DNA of 64,000 bases from Chloroflexota bacterium (GCA_016215025.1 JACRMI010000182.1:2864-66863), one strand, 5' to 3'; shown: positions 19,754 through 29,085, counted from the stretch's first letter. A program made the numbers and translations. Notes: generated by a model not told the origin, from the letters alone.

Positions 19754-20575
19754 TCAAACTTTATAGTACGCCACCAACACAACCAGGGCGAACACAATCG
19801 TAAACACCATTTCGATGATTCCCAGCTTGGGGATGTTCAAGCGCATCGGGCGGGCGATGACGCCACTCATCACTTTGCAAAACGGCAACGCAAAGGCGAT
19901 CAGAATAAGCGCGGGCAACCAGCCCTGCAAAATCAAAATCCCAACGATGGCAATCACCATCGCGTGATAAGCAATCGTCATGCGCCCAGCCCACAAGCGC
20001 GATTTTAAATCGGCTGATGGCGCAACCGCTTTCGGTTGTTCGCGAATCTTGAATTTGACGTAGGACACTGTGCCGCCGAAATAAAGCAGATTGAGCGCAT
20101 AGAGTTGCAATGCCGTCACATCAAGCAAGCCGTTGCCGACGAGGTAGGCTCCGGGCGCGCCGAGCGCCAGCCCCGCGATGCCGATCCATTCGCCCAGCGT
20201 CGTCATCTCTTCGCGGCGCGATGCCATCCATAGATAAATTCCAAGCAACAGCATTCCTAACGCGCCAAGCGGAATCAACAACCAAAGTTGTGTCACGGCT
20301 AAAAGCGCAATGCTGCTCACGAGCGTAATCGCTCCGCAGATAGCACTCCAGCGCAAGGCATCTGCGCGCGCTTGCGGTGACCGACTTTTGATGGCAAGCA
20401 TGAGCGGATAACGTAACAGAAAAAATCCCGCGGCGACCAACGCAAAGAGCAAGACACCCGCGCTCAATTTTTCAGCCACGCCAATACCGATCAACAGCGG
20501 CGCGGCAAACATCGCCCATGCGCCATGCTCGTGCGGCAGCACCAGACGAAATGCATTCGACGAACGCTTAGCCAA
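19754..20575 (-). CDS. YwiC-like membrane protein
   Basis: LPHEHGAWAM motif, YVKFKIRE and C-terminal LGIIE; multi-pass TM. TTG start after ggaggt. Confidence 0.8.
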   Translation of the reverse strand: MAKRSSNAFRLVLPHEHGAWAMFAAPLLIGIGVAEKLSAGVLLFALVAAGFFLLRYPLMLAIKSRSPQARADALRWSAICGAITLVSSIALLAVTQLWLLIPLGALGMLLLGIYLWMASRREEMTTLGEWIGIAGLALGAPGAYLVGNGLLDVTALQLYALNLLYFGGTVSYVKFKIREQPKAVAPSADLKSRLWAGRMTIAYHAMVIAIVGILILQGWLPALILIAFALPFCKVMSGVIARPMRLNIPKLGIIEMVFTIVFALVVLVAYYKV

Positions 20576-20871
20576 CTCGACCTCCCTGATGGATCGCCAA
20601 CTAATCTCCGCCAATCATCGCGAATAAGAATTGATTAGCGGCGATTCGCAGGTAAAACCCTTTTTGTGCAAATCCGTCACAGACTATACGCCATTTGCAA
20701 AGATGACGCAATGACCAAAGTCACAAAGAATCCCTGAAAACAGACCGACGACAACTAACCGCTGACCACTGATCCCACGCTTCGCTCACGCGCAGCGTGA
20801 CAATTGCGGTCGGCGGTTTGCCGTCGTCGCTATCACCAATCTTCGATTATTCGCGCACACAAATCGATCTA

Positions 20872-21378
20872 TTAAATGAAAATGACCTGCGCGCCGTCGG
20901 TCATGTCCATGAAATCACCTGCCGTCACAATGTCTTGCACGCAGGGCAGAAAATCCTCTTTTTTCAATCCGAACATATCGACCGACATTTTGCACGCGTA
21001 CATCTTCGCGCCGCCATCCGAGAGCATTTCCAGATATTCGCGCACGGTTGGCACGCCGAGCTTTTTCATCTTGCTCTTCATCAACGTGCTGGCGAACCAG
21101 GTCATGCCGGGAATCCAGCCCATCCATTGCGGAATGCCGATATAGCCAGGGACGCCCATCATATTCATCTTCATGCTCGTGTTTGCAATTGGAGGAATTT
21201 CCAAATTGTCGACGCGCGCTTTGTTGATCATGTCCATGCCCCAGAACGTGAAAAAGATCGTCACATCGATGCCGTTGCCAAGCGCCGCCCAACCCATTAC
21301 GAGGGCGGGATACGTCATGTCGAGATTGCCTTTCGAACAAATAAATGCGACCTTGCGCGTTCCATTCCCATTTTCCAT
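20872..21378 (-). CDS. DsrE/DsrF/DrsH-like (DsrE2-type) sulfur transferase
   Basis: SKGNLD..YP, IFFTFWG, YACKMSVDMF. Confidence 0.88.
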   Translation of the reverse strand: MENGNGTRKVAFICSKGNLDMTYPALVMGWAALGNGIDVTIFFTFWGMDMINKARVDNLEIPPIANTSMKMNMMGVPGYIGIPQWMGWIPGMTWFASTLMKSKMKKLGVPTVREYLEMLSDGGAKMYACKMSVDMFGLKKEDFLPCVQDIVTAGDFMDMTDGAQVIFI

Positions 21379-21465
21379 TTTGATTTCTCCTTTGAAAGTT
21401 TCACGAAAGGACACAAAATGCGCGAAAAGAGAATTTTTCTTCTTTGTGCCTTCGTGGTTAGAAAT

Positions 21466-21783
21466 TTACACACAACCTTCAGGTTTACCGAGACCAGAAA
21501 TCCTAGCGACTTTTTTCGCTGGTCCTTTCGGGAACAAGGTAAACAATTCTTTCGTCGATGCGCCGGTGCCGGTGGTGATCTGACGCAGCGTTGGCGCTTT
21601 GCCGCCATTTGCACCCTGCTGGCGACAAAATTCGATGATCTTCCAATGCGCGGGCGTCAAATCAGGGATGCCTTCTTGCAATGCGATCTCACAGGCGATG
21701 TCTTTCGTCCATTCATTAGGATTGGTCATAAATCCTTCATCGTTCACTTGCACGGTTTTGCCCGCAATTACTTTGGTACCCAT
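21466..21783 (-). CDS. tusE: TusE/DsrC-family sulfur relay protein (single C-terminal Cys)
   Basis: DEGFM...W, LT..HW.II, LFPKGP and C-terminal GLGKPEGCV. Confidence 0.85.
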   Translation of the reverse strand: MGTKVIAGKTVQVNDEGFMTNPNEWTKDIACEIALQEGIPDLTPAHWKIIEFCRQQGANGGKAPTLRQITTGTGASTKELFTLFPKGPAKKVARISGLGKPEGCV

Positions 21784-21813
21784 TTGAATCCTCCTAGGAT
21801 TTATTTCATTGCG

Positions 21814-22509
21814 CTAATTCTGCGCAGATTTTCCATTACCTTCGGCTTGCGCGCCGACCACGCTCAACACGCGCATCGTCAATGCTAGTCCACGTCGCAC
21901 CGCCGGGTCGCGCATTTGATTCAGCAGCGCCCAGATCGATGTATCGACCGGCTTTTCGACTTCGCGCGAGGCGACCATGAGCGTGTTGTTGACGAACGTC
22001 ATGATTTCGGGCTGCGTCATATTCTTGACGACGTTCAAAATCAACACGACATTCTCACCTAGCTTTTTCACATCCTCTTCGCTAAACGATGTGACGATGT
22101 TATCGGCGATTTGCATTCCGCCTCGCGCAAATGCGAAATAGCCCTTGCGTTCTGCCTCCTGCAACAAATCAACCGATTTGCTGAACGCCGAATCGGTGAT
22201 CGGTCCGACCGTTTGCAGCAAATCCATCGCCGATTCAAGCTGATCCAACATCGCGTCAAAATTGCGACCGTTCCGAAGCAGTCGCTTGAACAAACGAAGT
22301 AAATCATGGAGATCGACGTATTCTTGAATTTCTTCCAACTGCTCCGTCGTCAAGCGAAACGCATCGTTGGCGATGGGCATCAGGTCGCGCATCAACTCGG
22401 CGCGATCCTGGCGCGCGCGTTCGGCGGCTTGCGCTTGATCGGCAAGATACTGCACCTGCTTGGTCAAGCCATCGATTTTCTGATTCAACTCTGCAACTGA
22501 TTGATCCAT
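21814..22509 (-). CDS. DUF1641-like coiled-coil protein
   Basis: C-terminal SIWALLNQMRDPAVRRGL motif; adjacent to the SQR gene. Confidence 0.75.
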   Translation of the reverse strand: MDQSVAELNQKIDGLTKQVQYLADQAQAAERARQDRAELMRDLMPIANDAFRLTTEQLEEIQEYVDLHDLLRLFKRLLRNGRNFDAMLDQLESAMDLLQTVGPITDSAFSKSVDLLQEAERKGYFAFARGGMQIADNIVTSFSEEDVKKLGENVVLILNVVKNMTQPEIMTFVNNTLMVASREVEKPVDTSIWALLNQMRDPAVRRGLALTMRVLSVVGAQAEGNGKSAQN

Positions 22510-22518
22510 AAGTTGCCT

Positions 22519-23754
22519 CTAATTCTTCCACTTGCCTGCCATGCTCATCTTGGCGGGCAGCGGCAGTTCTTGTCCTTTGAGCAAGAGATTCCAATACATC
22601 CAGCGGAACATCACCTTGCCCCAGTGGTTCGCCTCCGATTCTTGCAAGAGCGAGAACGGCCCAACCCCGGGCAGTGGATACATGCCAGGCAGCGGCTCAG
22701 TGTCGTAATTGAAATCGATCAACAATCCCTTGCCGAATCCAGATTCGATAAAGCAATTGGCGTGTCCATCGAACAGAGGCAACAGTTCCTGACCTTCGGC
22801 GTAGCGCACGAAATTCTCGCCGAACGTATCGACGGCAAAGTGCGCCACGGAACCCGCTTTCGACGCCGGCACATTCGATGCATCGCCAAGCGCGAACACG
22901 TTGGGATATTTCGTCGAAAGGAACGTGTGCTTGTCGACCGGCACGTAATTCAAATCGTCGCCCATGCCCGATTTCGCGATGACATCGCTGCCCATGTTGA
23001 GCGGGATACTCACCAACAAATCATATTCGATCTCTTGTTCATCGTACGAAACGATTTTCTTGGCGTCGGGATCGACATGCTCGATCATAAACTCCGGCAT
23101 GATCTTGACACCTTTTTGTTCCAAAATGTCGCCTAGATGTTTCGACGCGATAGGTTTGGTGAATGCGCCGGGTAATGGCGTGGTGTAAATCAATTCGACT
23201 TTGTTGCGGATGCCTTGCTCGTGGAAGAACCAATCTGCCAGCATGATAAATTCGAGCGGCGCAACCGGGCACTTGATCGGATTTTCGACGATGTTGAGCA
23301 CCAAGCGGCCGCCTTGCCACGTGCGAAGATGCTTCGCCAGCGCACATGCGCCTTCGATGGTATAGAAATCGAAAATCGTTTTGTGCCATTCGTGTTCGTG
23401 CAAGCCCGTCGTTTGCTCCGGTCGCGTCGAGGTACCGGTCGCGATGACCAAGAAATCGTAATTAAGATACCGACCATCTTTGATCAGCTTTACGCGATTG
23501 TGTTCCGGTTCGATGATCTCAATCGGCGACATGATGAATTCGACGCCGCTGGGGATAAAGTCGCGCTTGGGTTTGACTACATCGTTCTTGCTGTACATTC
23601 CAAAAGGAATAAACAAGAATCCTGGTTGATAGTAATGCGTCTCGTGCTGATCGACAATCGTGATTTGCCAATCGTCACTATCCAAGAGTCGGCGGAGTCG
23701 ATTGGCAACCATTGTTCCAGCGGTACCTGCACCTAGAATCAATAATTTTTTCAT
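22519..23754 (-). CDS. sqr: Sulfide:quinone oxidoreductase (type III-like)
   Basis: LGAGTAG, HYYQPG, KCPVAPLE, GDASNVPASKAGS, FDGHANCFIE. Confidence 0.85.
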   Translation of the reverse strand: MKKLLILGAGTAGTMVANRLRRLLDSDDWQITIVDQHETHYYQPGFLFIPFGMYSKNDVVKPKRDFIPSGVEFIMSPIEIIEPEHNRVKLIKDGRYLNYDFLVIATGTSTRPEQTTGLHEHEWHKTIFDFYTIEGACALAKHLRTWQGGRLVLNIVENPIKCPVAPLEFIMLADWFFHEQGIRNKVELIYTTPLPGAFTKPIASKHLGDILEQKGVKIMPEFMIEHVDPDAKKIVSYDEQEIEYDLLVSIPLNMGSDVIAKSGMGDDLNYVPVDKHTFLSTKYPNVFALGDASNVPASKAGSVAHFAVDTFGENFVRYAEGQELLPLFDGHANCFIESGFGKGLLIDFNYDTEPLPGMYPLPGVGPFSLLQESEANHWGKVMFRWMYWNLLLKGQELPLPAKMSMAGKWKN

Positions 23755-23883
23755 GCTTGTCTCCTTAGTTTACTGGCAAGAAATCGCCTCTTGGCGAACC
23801 CACTCGCGAGTTCGTCCAAAAGGCATTCATCACCTTCGATGTTGATTTAGAAACCAAGAGTCTCGGAGAATCCTGGTTTCTCC

Positions 23884-24216
23884 TTAACCAATCGCATCGG
23901 CGAGCGCACTTCGCTTGGAGAGATTGTCGCCCAAGACCTCACGCAGTAAATCTAATGCGCGAATGATGCGCTTGTCGCCCAGTGTGTAGATAATGTTTGC
24001 GCCCTGCCGTTCAGGGATGACCATGCCGCGATCGCGCAGAATCTTCAAGTGGCGCGAGACGGTCGGCTGCGGCATCTCTAACATTTCTGCCAGTTCCATG
24101 ACATTCTTGGAACCTTCAGAGAGAGCGTAAAGAATCGCAATGCGCTTGGGATCGGACAAGCCGCCACAGATTTCAGCATGCAGATGATTGATCTCGTTCA
24201 GTAGTTTCTTGTCCAT
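23884..24216 (-). CDS. ArsR/SmtB-family transcriptional repressor
   Basis: LSDPKRIAIL...QPTVSRHLKILR..G.V winged HTH. Confidence 0.9.
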   Translation of the reverse strand: MDKKLLNEINHLHAEICGGLSDPKRIAILYALSEGSKNVMELAEMLEMPQPTVSRHLKILRDRGMVIPERQGANIIYTLGDKRIIRALDLLREVLGDNLSKRSALADAIG

Positions 24217-24234
24217 TGCTTTCTTTCATTCATC

Positions 24235-24260
24235 AACATATTCGGAAATACGCATATGTT
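24235..24260. promoter_or_regulatory. Inverted repeat, probable ArsR-family operator
   Basis: aacatattcg-gaaata-cgcatatgtt, 19 nt upstream of the regulator start codon. Confidence 0.6.
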
Positions 24261-24344
24261 CATTTCCGTTAATCAGAATAGTTGAGATGAGTCTTTGTTC
24301 CATGTTTCACGCGGTCAAAATTGGGTACTAATTTGGACGGATGG

Positions 24345-24387
24345 AAACGAGATGCGACGCACCTTGGAGGTGCGTCGCATCTCGTTT
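24345..24387. repeat. Palindrome, atgcgacgcacc family (copy 1)
   Basis: aaacgagatgcgacgcacc-ttgga-ggtgcgtcgcatctcgttt; second copy at 48690-48720. Confidence 0.8.
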
Positions 24388-24399
24388 TCGCCAACCCCA

Positions 24400-24428
24400 T
24401 TGACGAAACGGCTCGTTTTAGATATAAA
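24400..24428 (+). promoter_or_regulatory. Sigma70-type promoter
   Basis: TTGACG-N17-TATAAA upstream of the 24466 gene. Confidence 0.55.
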
Positions 24429-24465
24429 GCAGGGGCATAACACTATATCTCTGAAGGAGAATACT

Positions 24466-24843
24466 ATGGGGATTGTACTGATGCTCCATTCGCTACTTCG
24501 TTTTGTCATACTCGTAGTAGCTATCGTTGGGCTACTCAAAGCTCTAGTTGGCTTGGCACGAGGCAGTGCGGCGGATAAATTTGACCAGATGCTGGCGGCG
24601 GCATTTGTCGGCAGCTATGATCTGCAAGCGTTGCTTGGCATGCTGGTCATTTTTCTTGGTGGCTTGACGGAGCCGATCCATCCAGTCGTCATGTTCGTCG
24701 GCATTGTGGCGGCGCACGGACTGCAAATGATGACCAAACGCGCCGAAGGTCAGCAAGCCAAAATTTACCGGCTGTTGCTTTTCATTGTGCCGCTTGCGAT
24801 CATTCTGTTTGGGCTGGCAGTCATCGGCAAGTTGCCCACTTAG
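24466..24843 (+). CDS. Small four-helix membrane protein
   Basis: RBS aaggag; HS..R, DLQ..LG and HP..M pattern; four hydrophobic helices. Confidence 0.75.
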   Translation: MGIVLMLHSLLRFVILVVAIVGLLKALVGLARGSAADKFDQMLAAAFVGSYDLQALLGMLVIFLGGLTEPIHPVVMFVGIVAAHGLQMMTKRAEGQQAKIYRLLLFIVPLAIILFGLAVIGKLPT

Positions 24844-24849
24844 AAAACG

Positions 24850-25398
24850 TCAAGCCTCAGTCTCCGCCTTTTGGGTTATTCCAGGCAGCTTTGCCTCCGA
24901 TGCATTGCTTCTCGTTCTCCCAGGTTTTGTCACAGACAGAACTAGAGCAGTGAGAGTCAGAATGATCTGCACAATGACAACGTATTGTCGCAGATAATGA
25001 TTGTCGATAAAAACAGGGTCGCTCAAAGTGGCGACCCTGTGTGTTTCCAGGAGCATCATGTTTGCCACCCTCAACTTATCGACCACCAGTATGCCAATAA
25101 ACGTTTGCGCGATAAAGACGACCCACTTGACCGCAAGCCACTTGTGCTTGACGAATCCCCATCGCGTAAAGAAACCGTAGACGAGACCTAAGCCGATGGT
25201 ACCCAAAGCTCCGATCTTGACGACATCATCGCTAATAATTCCCAAACTTTTGTACGTCAAATAGACCTGATCGAAATCTGATAAATTGAGATTCAGCGTA
25301 AGCGCGTATGAACTCAATATGCCTCCAAGAAAGAGGACGATCAGCACGATATGCAGCATCTTTAACAGCTTCAAGACATTTGAACCGAACTTGTACAT
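24850..25398 (-). CDS. DUF2269-like integral membrane protein
   Basis: LH start, T.WGF.KH.W..VKW and LSV.KP end. Confidence 0.65.
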   Translation of the reverse strand: MYKFGSNVLKLLKMLHIVLIVLFLGGILSSYALTLNLNLSDFDQVYLTYKSLGIISDDVVKIGALGTIGLGLVYGFFTRWGFVKHKWLAVKWVVFIAQTFIGILVVDKLRVANMMLLETHRVATLSDPVFIDNHYLRQYVVIVQIILTLTALVLSVTKPGRTRSNASEAKLPGITQKAETEA

Positions 25399-25424
25399 TA
25401 CATTATCCTTTTGAAAATGGGTTT

Positions 25425-25478
25425 GTAGTGCGCGATTGATCGCGCTGCGCGAAGTTGGCGCGATTCATCGCGCACTAC
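25425..25478. repeat. GTAG-type REP doublet
   Basis: gtagtgcgcgattgatcgcgc ... gcgcgattcatcgcgcactac. Confidence 0.8.
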
Positions 25479-25502
25479 GAACCATTTCACATTGTTAACG
25501 GT

Positions 25503-25922
25503 CTAACCGGAACTCGCTTGAACGATCACCATCCCCCGCATTCCAGCCATGTCGTGACCCTCGACCGTGCATTCGAACTCGTAGGTCCCTGGCTTGAGCT
25601 GGAGCGTCATGTTCGCGCTTTGTTGCGGCATAATCATGGGCGTGCGTTGATCGATGCCGTTGCCGCGAATGCGAAAATCGTGCGGAATGTGTCCTTGGTT
25701 TTTGACGACGAAGGTTATTTCGCCGGCACTTGGCTGTGCAGGCTGAAGCGTTACGTTGAATTCACTTTCGATCACATTGACAACATTGCCGCTCGCCGGT
25801 GTCTCAACCGTTTGAGGCGTGACGCGCGCGCGGCGCGGTTGTTGGTTGCTGACGCCTGCCAGCGGTCCAACAGCCAACAATGTGAACGCAATCGCGAGAA
25901 AAATATAGAGCCGTTTAGTCAT
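25503..25922 (-). CDS. Secreted cupredoxin (type-1 blue copper) protein
   Basis: Signal peptide; ligand pattern PHDF ... YEFECTVEGHDMAGM (H, C, H, M). Confidence 0.85.
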   Translation of the reverse strand: MTKRLYIFLAIAFTLLAVGPLAGVSNQQPRRARVTPQTVETPASGNVVNVIESEFNVTLQPAQPSAGEITFVVKNQGHIPHDFRIRGNGIDQRTPMIMPQQSANMTLQLKPGTYEFECTVEGHDMAGMRGMVIVQASSG

Positions 25923-25954
25923 ACGATTTATTCCTTTCGTGAAAACTGATTTGC

Positions 25955-26356
25955 TCATTGATCTTTTTTGTCCGAGGGATTTTTGGGCTTGTCGCGCGTG
26001 ATATAATGAACAGCGATCAGCGCAATCCCGATGAAGGTCGGCACAAAGCCAATCACCATCCATGGACCCAATCGAAACGGCACGTACTCCGCCGTGTTAC
26101 CCGGATTGAAGCCGAGCGGATACAATCCAATACAAAGTGCCAAGCCAATTGCAAGAATAACGATCCCCCAGCGCAACGAGCTTTTGCTCTGAGAATCGTC
26201 CCGCACTAGCCCCTTCTCAACCAGCGCGACCGTTTCGCGATAACTGAAATAGCGCATCAACGCGATAAAACCAAGGATGAGCGCAAAGAAAAGGATTGCG
26301 CCGATGCAATTGATCAGTGTGAAAAAGATCGCCGCCGGAAATACATCGGGTTGCAT
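25955..26356 (-). CDS. DUF6249-like membrane protein
   Basis: Three TM segments, RE..ALVEKG, LRWG, G.VP.FIG; RBS gaggagg. Confidence 0.65.
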   Translation of the reverse strand: MQPDVFPAAIFFTLINCIGAILFFALILGFIALMRYFSYRETVALVEKGLVRDDSQSKSSLRWGIVILAIGLALCIGLYPLGFNPGNTAEYVPFRLGPWMVIGFVPTFIGIALIAVHYITRDKPKNPSDKKDQ

Positions 26357-26459
26357 AATTTGCCTCCTCAAAAAGGGTAGGGTAAATTTCCAATTTGCCC
26401 AGCAAGAGCGACACCACAGATGTCGAAAAATCTTGCTGTACGGTTCTGCCTTCATCTAG

Positions 26460-26488
26460 TTGGACTAGCTAAATCGCAAAAAGTTTCA
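26460..26488 (-). promoter_or_regulatory. ECF-type promoter driving the DUF6249-cupredoxin genes
   Basis: Minus strand reads TGAAACTTTTT-N11-AGTCCAA. Confidence 0.7.
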
Positions 26489-26499
26489 TGCAACTTGAA

Positions 26500-26568
26500 T
26501 GTCACCCTGAGCGGTGCGAAGGGTCTCGCCTTCAGCGCGGGAGATGCTTCGCTCCGCTCAGCATGACA
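26500..26568. repeat. REP-like palindrome, TGTCA...TGACA family (copy 3)
   Basis: tgtcaccctgagcggtgcgaagggtctc...gagatgcttcgctccgctcagcatgaca. Confidence 0.85.
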
Positions 26569-26637
26569 GGTTTCTTTCCCTAAACCTGCCCGCGTGGGCA
26601 TGCGGTTCTCAGCATGACGACGGCTGAGCGGTAACCA

Positions 26638-26666
26638 TGAAACTTTTTGGCGTATTTTCGGTCAAA
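26638..26666 (+). promoter_or_regulatory. ECF-type autoregulatory promoter of the sigma factor
   Basis: TGAAACTTTTT-N11-GGTCAAA, 20 nt before the sigma start codon. Confidence 0.7.
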
Positions 26667-26686
26667 TCCGGTAGGGAGATCGAGAC

Positions 26687-27241
26687 TTGCAAGATGAACA
26701 GGAGTTGGTTCGGCGGGCGCAAGCGGGCAACACGGATGCCTTTGCCGCGCTGGTCGCCGAACACCAACGCTTTGTATACAACTTGGCACTCCGAACCGTG
26801 GGTGACGCAAACGATGCCGAAGACATCGCGCAAGAGGCATTTGTGCGAGCGTGGCGCGCGCTCGGCAATTTTCGGAGACAAGCGGAATTCAGGACTTGGC
26901 CTTATCGCATCGTGATCAATTTGTGTTACACGCGCTTGCCGCGCCTGCGCCAAGAAATGAACAAATTATCCGAAGATGAAATCGCCGATGTGCCCGATGA
27001 GACCTTCCGTGACCCGCAATCAAAGCTCGAAATCAAAGAGCGCGACAAGTTTCTGCACCAACAAATCGAAACCTTGCCTGCAACCTATCGCATGTTGATC
27101 TCATTGCGGTTTCAAGAGGAATTGTCGTACGAGGAAATAAGCCAACTGCTCAACCTGCCACTCGGCACAGTCAAAACAGGAATCTTCCGGGCGCGGGCGC
27201 TATTGCGCCAAGCGTTGACTAGTTATGATAAAGATCAATGA
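26687..27241 (+). CDS. ECF RNA polymerase sigma factor (SigW/RpoE-like)
   Basis: Region 2 DAEDIAQEAF...FRTW; region 4 LSYEEIS..L..PLGTVKT.IFRAR. Confidence 0.92.
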   Translation: MQDEQELVRRAQAGNTDAFAALVAEHQRFVYNLALRTVGDANDAEDIAQEAFVRAWRALGNFRRQAEFRTWPYRIVINLCYTRLPRLRQEMNKLSEDEIADVPDETFRDPQSKLEIKERDKFLHQQIETLPATYRMLISLRFQEELSYEEISQLLNLPLGTVKTGIFRARALLRQALTSYDKDQ

Positions 27242-27250
27242 GGAGAAATT

Positions 27251-27562
27251 TTGATGGATGAGGTAAATCAAGAACGCGATTTGTTTGCGTCAGTCGATCA
27301 TGCGCTGCGTACATTCCCAATCGAATCTTCGCCGCCCACGCTCTCGAAGAATATCCTGGCGCAAATTCGCGCCAAGTCGCAACCGCGCTTTCGCCTGACA
27401 TGGTTCGATTACATCGCTAGCGCATTTGGAGCGACTGCCGCCAGCGCGATGCTGTTCTTGCTGCAATCGATCCCGTCGCAGGTCATTTTCAACGCGCAGT
27501 TAGAATCGGCTCGATTTGTCAATCAGCAGTTGCTGGATTTCGTCAACCTATTCAAGTGGTGA
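27251..27562 (+). CDS. Putative membrane anti-sigma factor
   Basis: Immediately follows the sigma gene; PP.LS..IL helix followed by one TM segment. Confidence 0.55.
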   Translation: MMDEVNQERDLFASVDHALRTFPIESSPPTLSKNILAQIRAKSQPRFRLTWFDYIASAFGATAASAMLFLLQSIPSQVIFNAQLESARFVNQQLLDFVNLFKW

Positions 27563-27595
27563 TTATGCCCGCGCTATAACAAATGATTCAAAACA

Positions 27596-27631
27596 AAAAC
27601 CAGGTTACTCTTGCTTTGAGAACCTGGTTTT
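27596..27631. terminator. Bidirectional hairpin between converging genes
   Basis: aaaaccaggtt...aacctggtttt; a related hairpin lies at 23850-23880. Confidence 0.55.
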
Positions 27632-27634
27632 GAT

Positions 27635-27766
27635 TTACGCTTCGCGGTTTTTCGCTTCGAGCAACGCCTGCTCACGTTTGATGGCTTGCATTCGTCGCCA
27701 CAGATTCGCGCTATAACCAAGGATAACCACAAAGATCAAGCCGTATGCAATCGTTACATATTCCAT
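27635..27766 (-). CDS. ccmD: Heme exporter protein CcmD (43 aa, absent from ORF track)
   Basis: Manual translation MEYVTIAYGLIFVVILGYSANLWRRMQAIKREQALLEAKNREA: Y...AY, TM, charged tail; directly after ccmC. Confidence 0.8.
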   Translation of the reverse strand: MEYVTIAYGLIFVVILGYSANLWRRMQAIKREQALLEAKNREA

Positions 27767-27770
27767 TGGC

Positions 27771-28526
27771 TCATACCGTCCCTTCGCGCAAAACGTTCAG
27801 TTGATCGCGCGCTTGCTCCAAACGCAGGCGTTGAATCAACAGATACGCAAACAACCACGTGAACGATAGCAAGCAGACCATCAACGTCTGCGTCATCCGT
27901 GGGGCGAGTCCACCATCGGAGCCGATCAGCAATTCGGGATGCATCGTGCGCCAGATTTGCACCGAGATGAAAATGATCGGCACATCGATGAATCCAACAA
28001 TCGCCAAGACGGCTGCGAAACGCGCGCGTCGCTCGCCCTCGGCATTGCTGCGCAACATCAAATAGCCGATGTAGATCATCCACAAGATCAGCGATGTGGT
28101 GAGACGCGCGTCCCAGACCCAGTAGACGCCCCATGCCTCTTTCGCCCAAATCGGTCCGGTGATGAGCACGAGCGTGATGAACACAACGCCAATCTCGGCA
28201 GCGGAAAGCGCCACCTTGTCCCAGCGTGCATCGCGTTTCCACAAGAACATCAGACTGGCGATAAAGACTACAAAGAACGCGAGGAATCCAACCCACGCAC
28301 TCGGCACATGAAAATAAAAGATGCGCTGAACATCGCCCATCGTTCTCTCAGTCGGCGCATAGTACAGCGCCATGTACAATCCGATGGCAATGTTCAATAA
28401 TGCAATGAGACCCAGCGCGCGCACGATCGGCGTTACTTTTTTGTCACTCAAAAATTGCCAATATAATCCAGCCGACTTGGTTTCGTCAGCCGCCACAGCG
28501 TTCGCAACTACACGACTCTGTGCCAT
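27771..28526 (-). CDS. ccmC: Cytochrome c biogenesis protein CcmC
   Basis: RIFYFHVP, WWD motif GPIWAKEAWGVYWVWDARLT, WRTMHP. Confidence 0.92.
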   Translation of the reverse strand: MAQSRVVANAVAADETKSAGLYWQFLSDKKVTPIVRALGLIALLNIAIGLYMALYYAPTERTMGDVQRIFYFHVPSAWVGFLAFFVVFIASLMFLWKRDARWDKVALSAAEIGVVFITLVLITGPIWAKEAWGVYWVWDARLTTSLILWMIYIGYLMLRSNAEGERRARFAAVLAIVGFIDVPIIFISVQIWRTMHPELLIGSDGGLAPRMTQTLMVCLLSFTWLFAYLLIQRLRLEQARDQLNVLREGTV

Positions 28527-28537
28527 TTCAATCTCCC

Positions 28538-29071
28538 TCAAGAGCGCGCTTCTATCGTCGCGCCACACTTACTACAGAACTTGTCACCCAATGCCGCGCG
28601 CTTGCCGCACGATGGACATCGTACGCCGCGCAACGACGTGCCACACTTGGCGCAGAACACATCGTCGGCAGTATGCGCCGTGCCGCACTTGGGACAATTC
28701 ATCGCACCGCTTGCCGAATTCCGGCGCAAGCGCGCTACTTCGCTTTCGATCAACTCATCGTTTGCCGTTGGGGTATGATCCGACTTGGACCCGCTGAACG
28801 CGTCCAGTTCCTGCAAAATCGCAACGGCTTTCATTTCGTACTTGGCGCGCAGCGAACGATAATCATGATCGGATAACTTGCCCATGGCATGATCGTTTTC
28901 CAAATCTTTGATCGCCGAATAAGTTGCATCGCGCTGTGTCACCAAATTTTCATAGACCGGATCGGACACGCCGACAAACGCCACGTCCAAATCCTCTGAG
29001 CGTCGAAAAAGCGGATAGGCGACCAACGCAATCGAGCCGACAATTACCAGGGCTATCGCAACCGTAATCAT
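28538..29071 (-). CDS. Membrane-anchored double zinc-ribbon protein (CcmI/CycH-like N-terminus)
   Basis: TM + IKDLEND..MGKLS..DY; CPKC/FCAKC and CPSC/FCSKC. Confidence 0.75.
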   Translation of the reverse strand: MITVAIALVIVGSIALVAYPLFRRSEDLDVAFVGVSDPVYENLVTQRDATYSAIKDLENDHAMGKLSDHDYRSLRAKYEMKAVAILQELDAFSGSKSDHTPTANDELIESEVARLRRNSASGAMNCPKCGTAHTADDVFCAKCGTSLRGVRCPSCGKRAALGDKFCSKCGATIEARS

Positions 29072-29085
29072 ATATGCCTCACGAA

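Noticed and set aside
20664-20726. ttgtg...tcaca and tgac-caaa-gtca upstream of the YwiC-like gene as Rex or CRP/FNR sites
   Set aside because: Spacing is off by one for Rex and there is only a partial CRP/FNR match; single occurrence.
21466-21783. DsrC as evidence of dissimilatory sulfate reduction
   Set aside because: Only one C-terminal Cys and no dsrAB or dsrMK in the window; it is TusE-like.
26890-26910. Sigma region 2 reads TWPYRI rather than the usual TWLYRI
   Set aside because: A single substitution that could be a sequencing error or tolerated; not enough to call a pseudogene.
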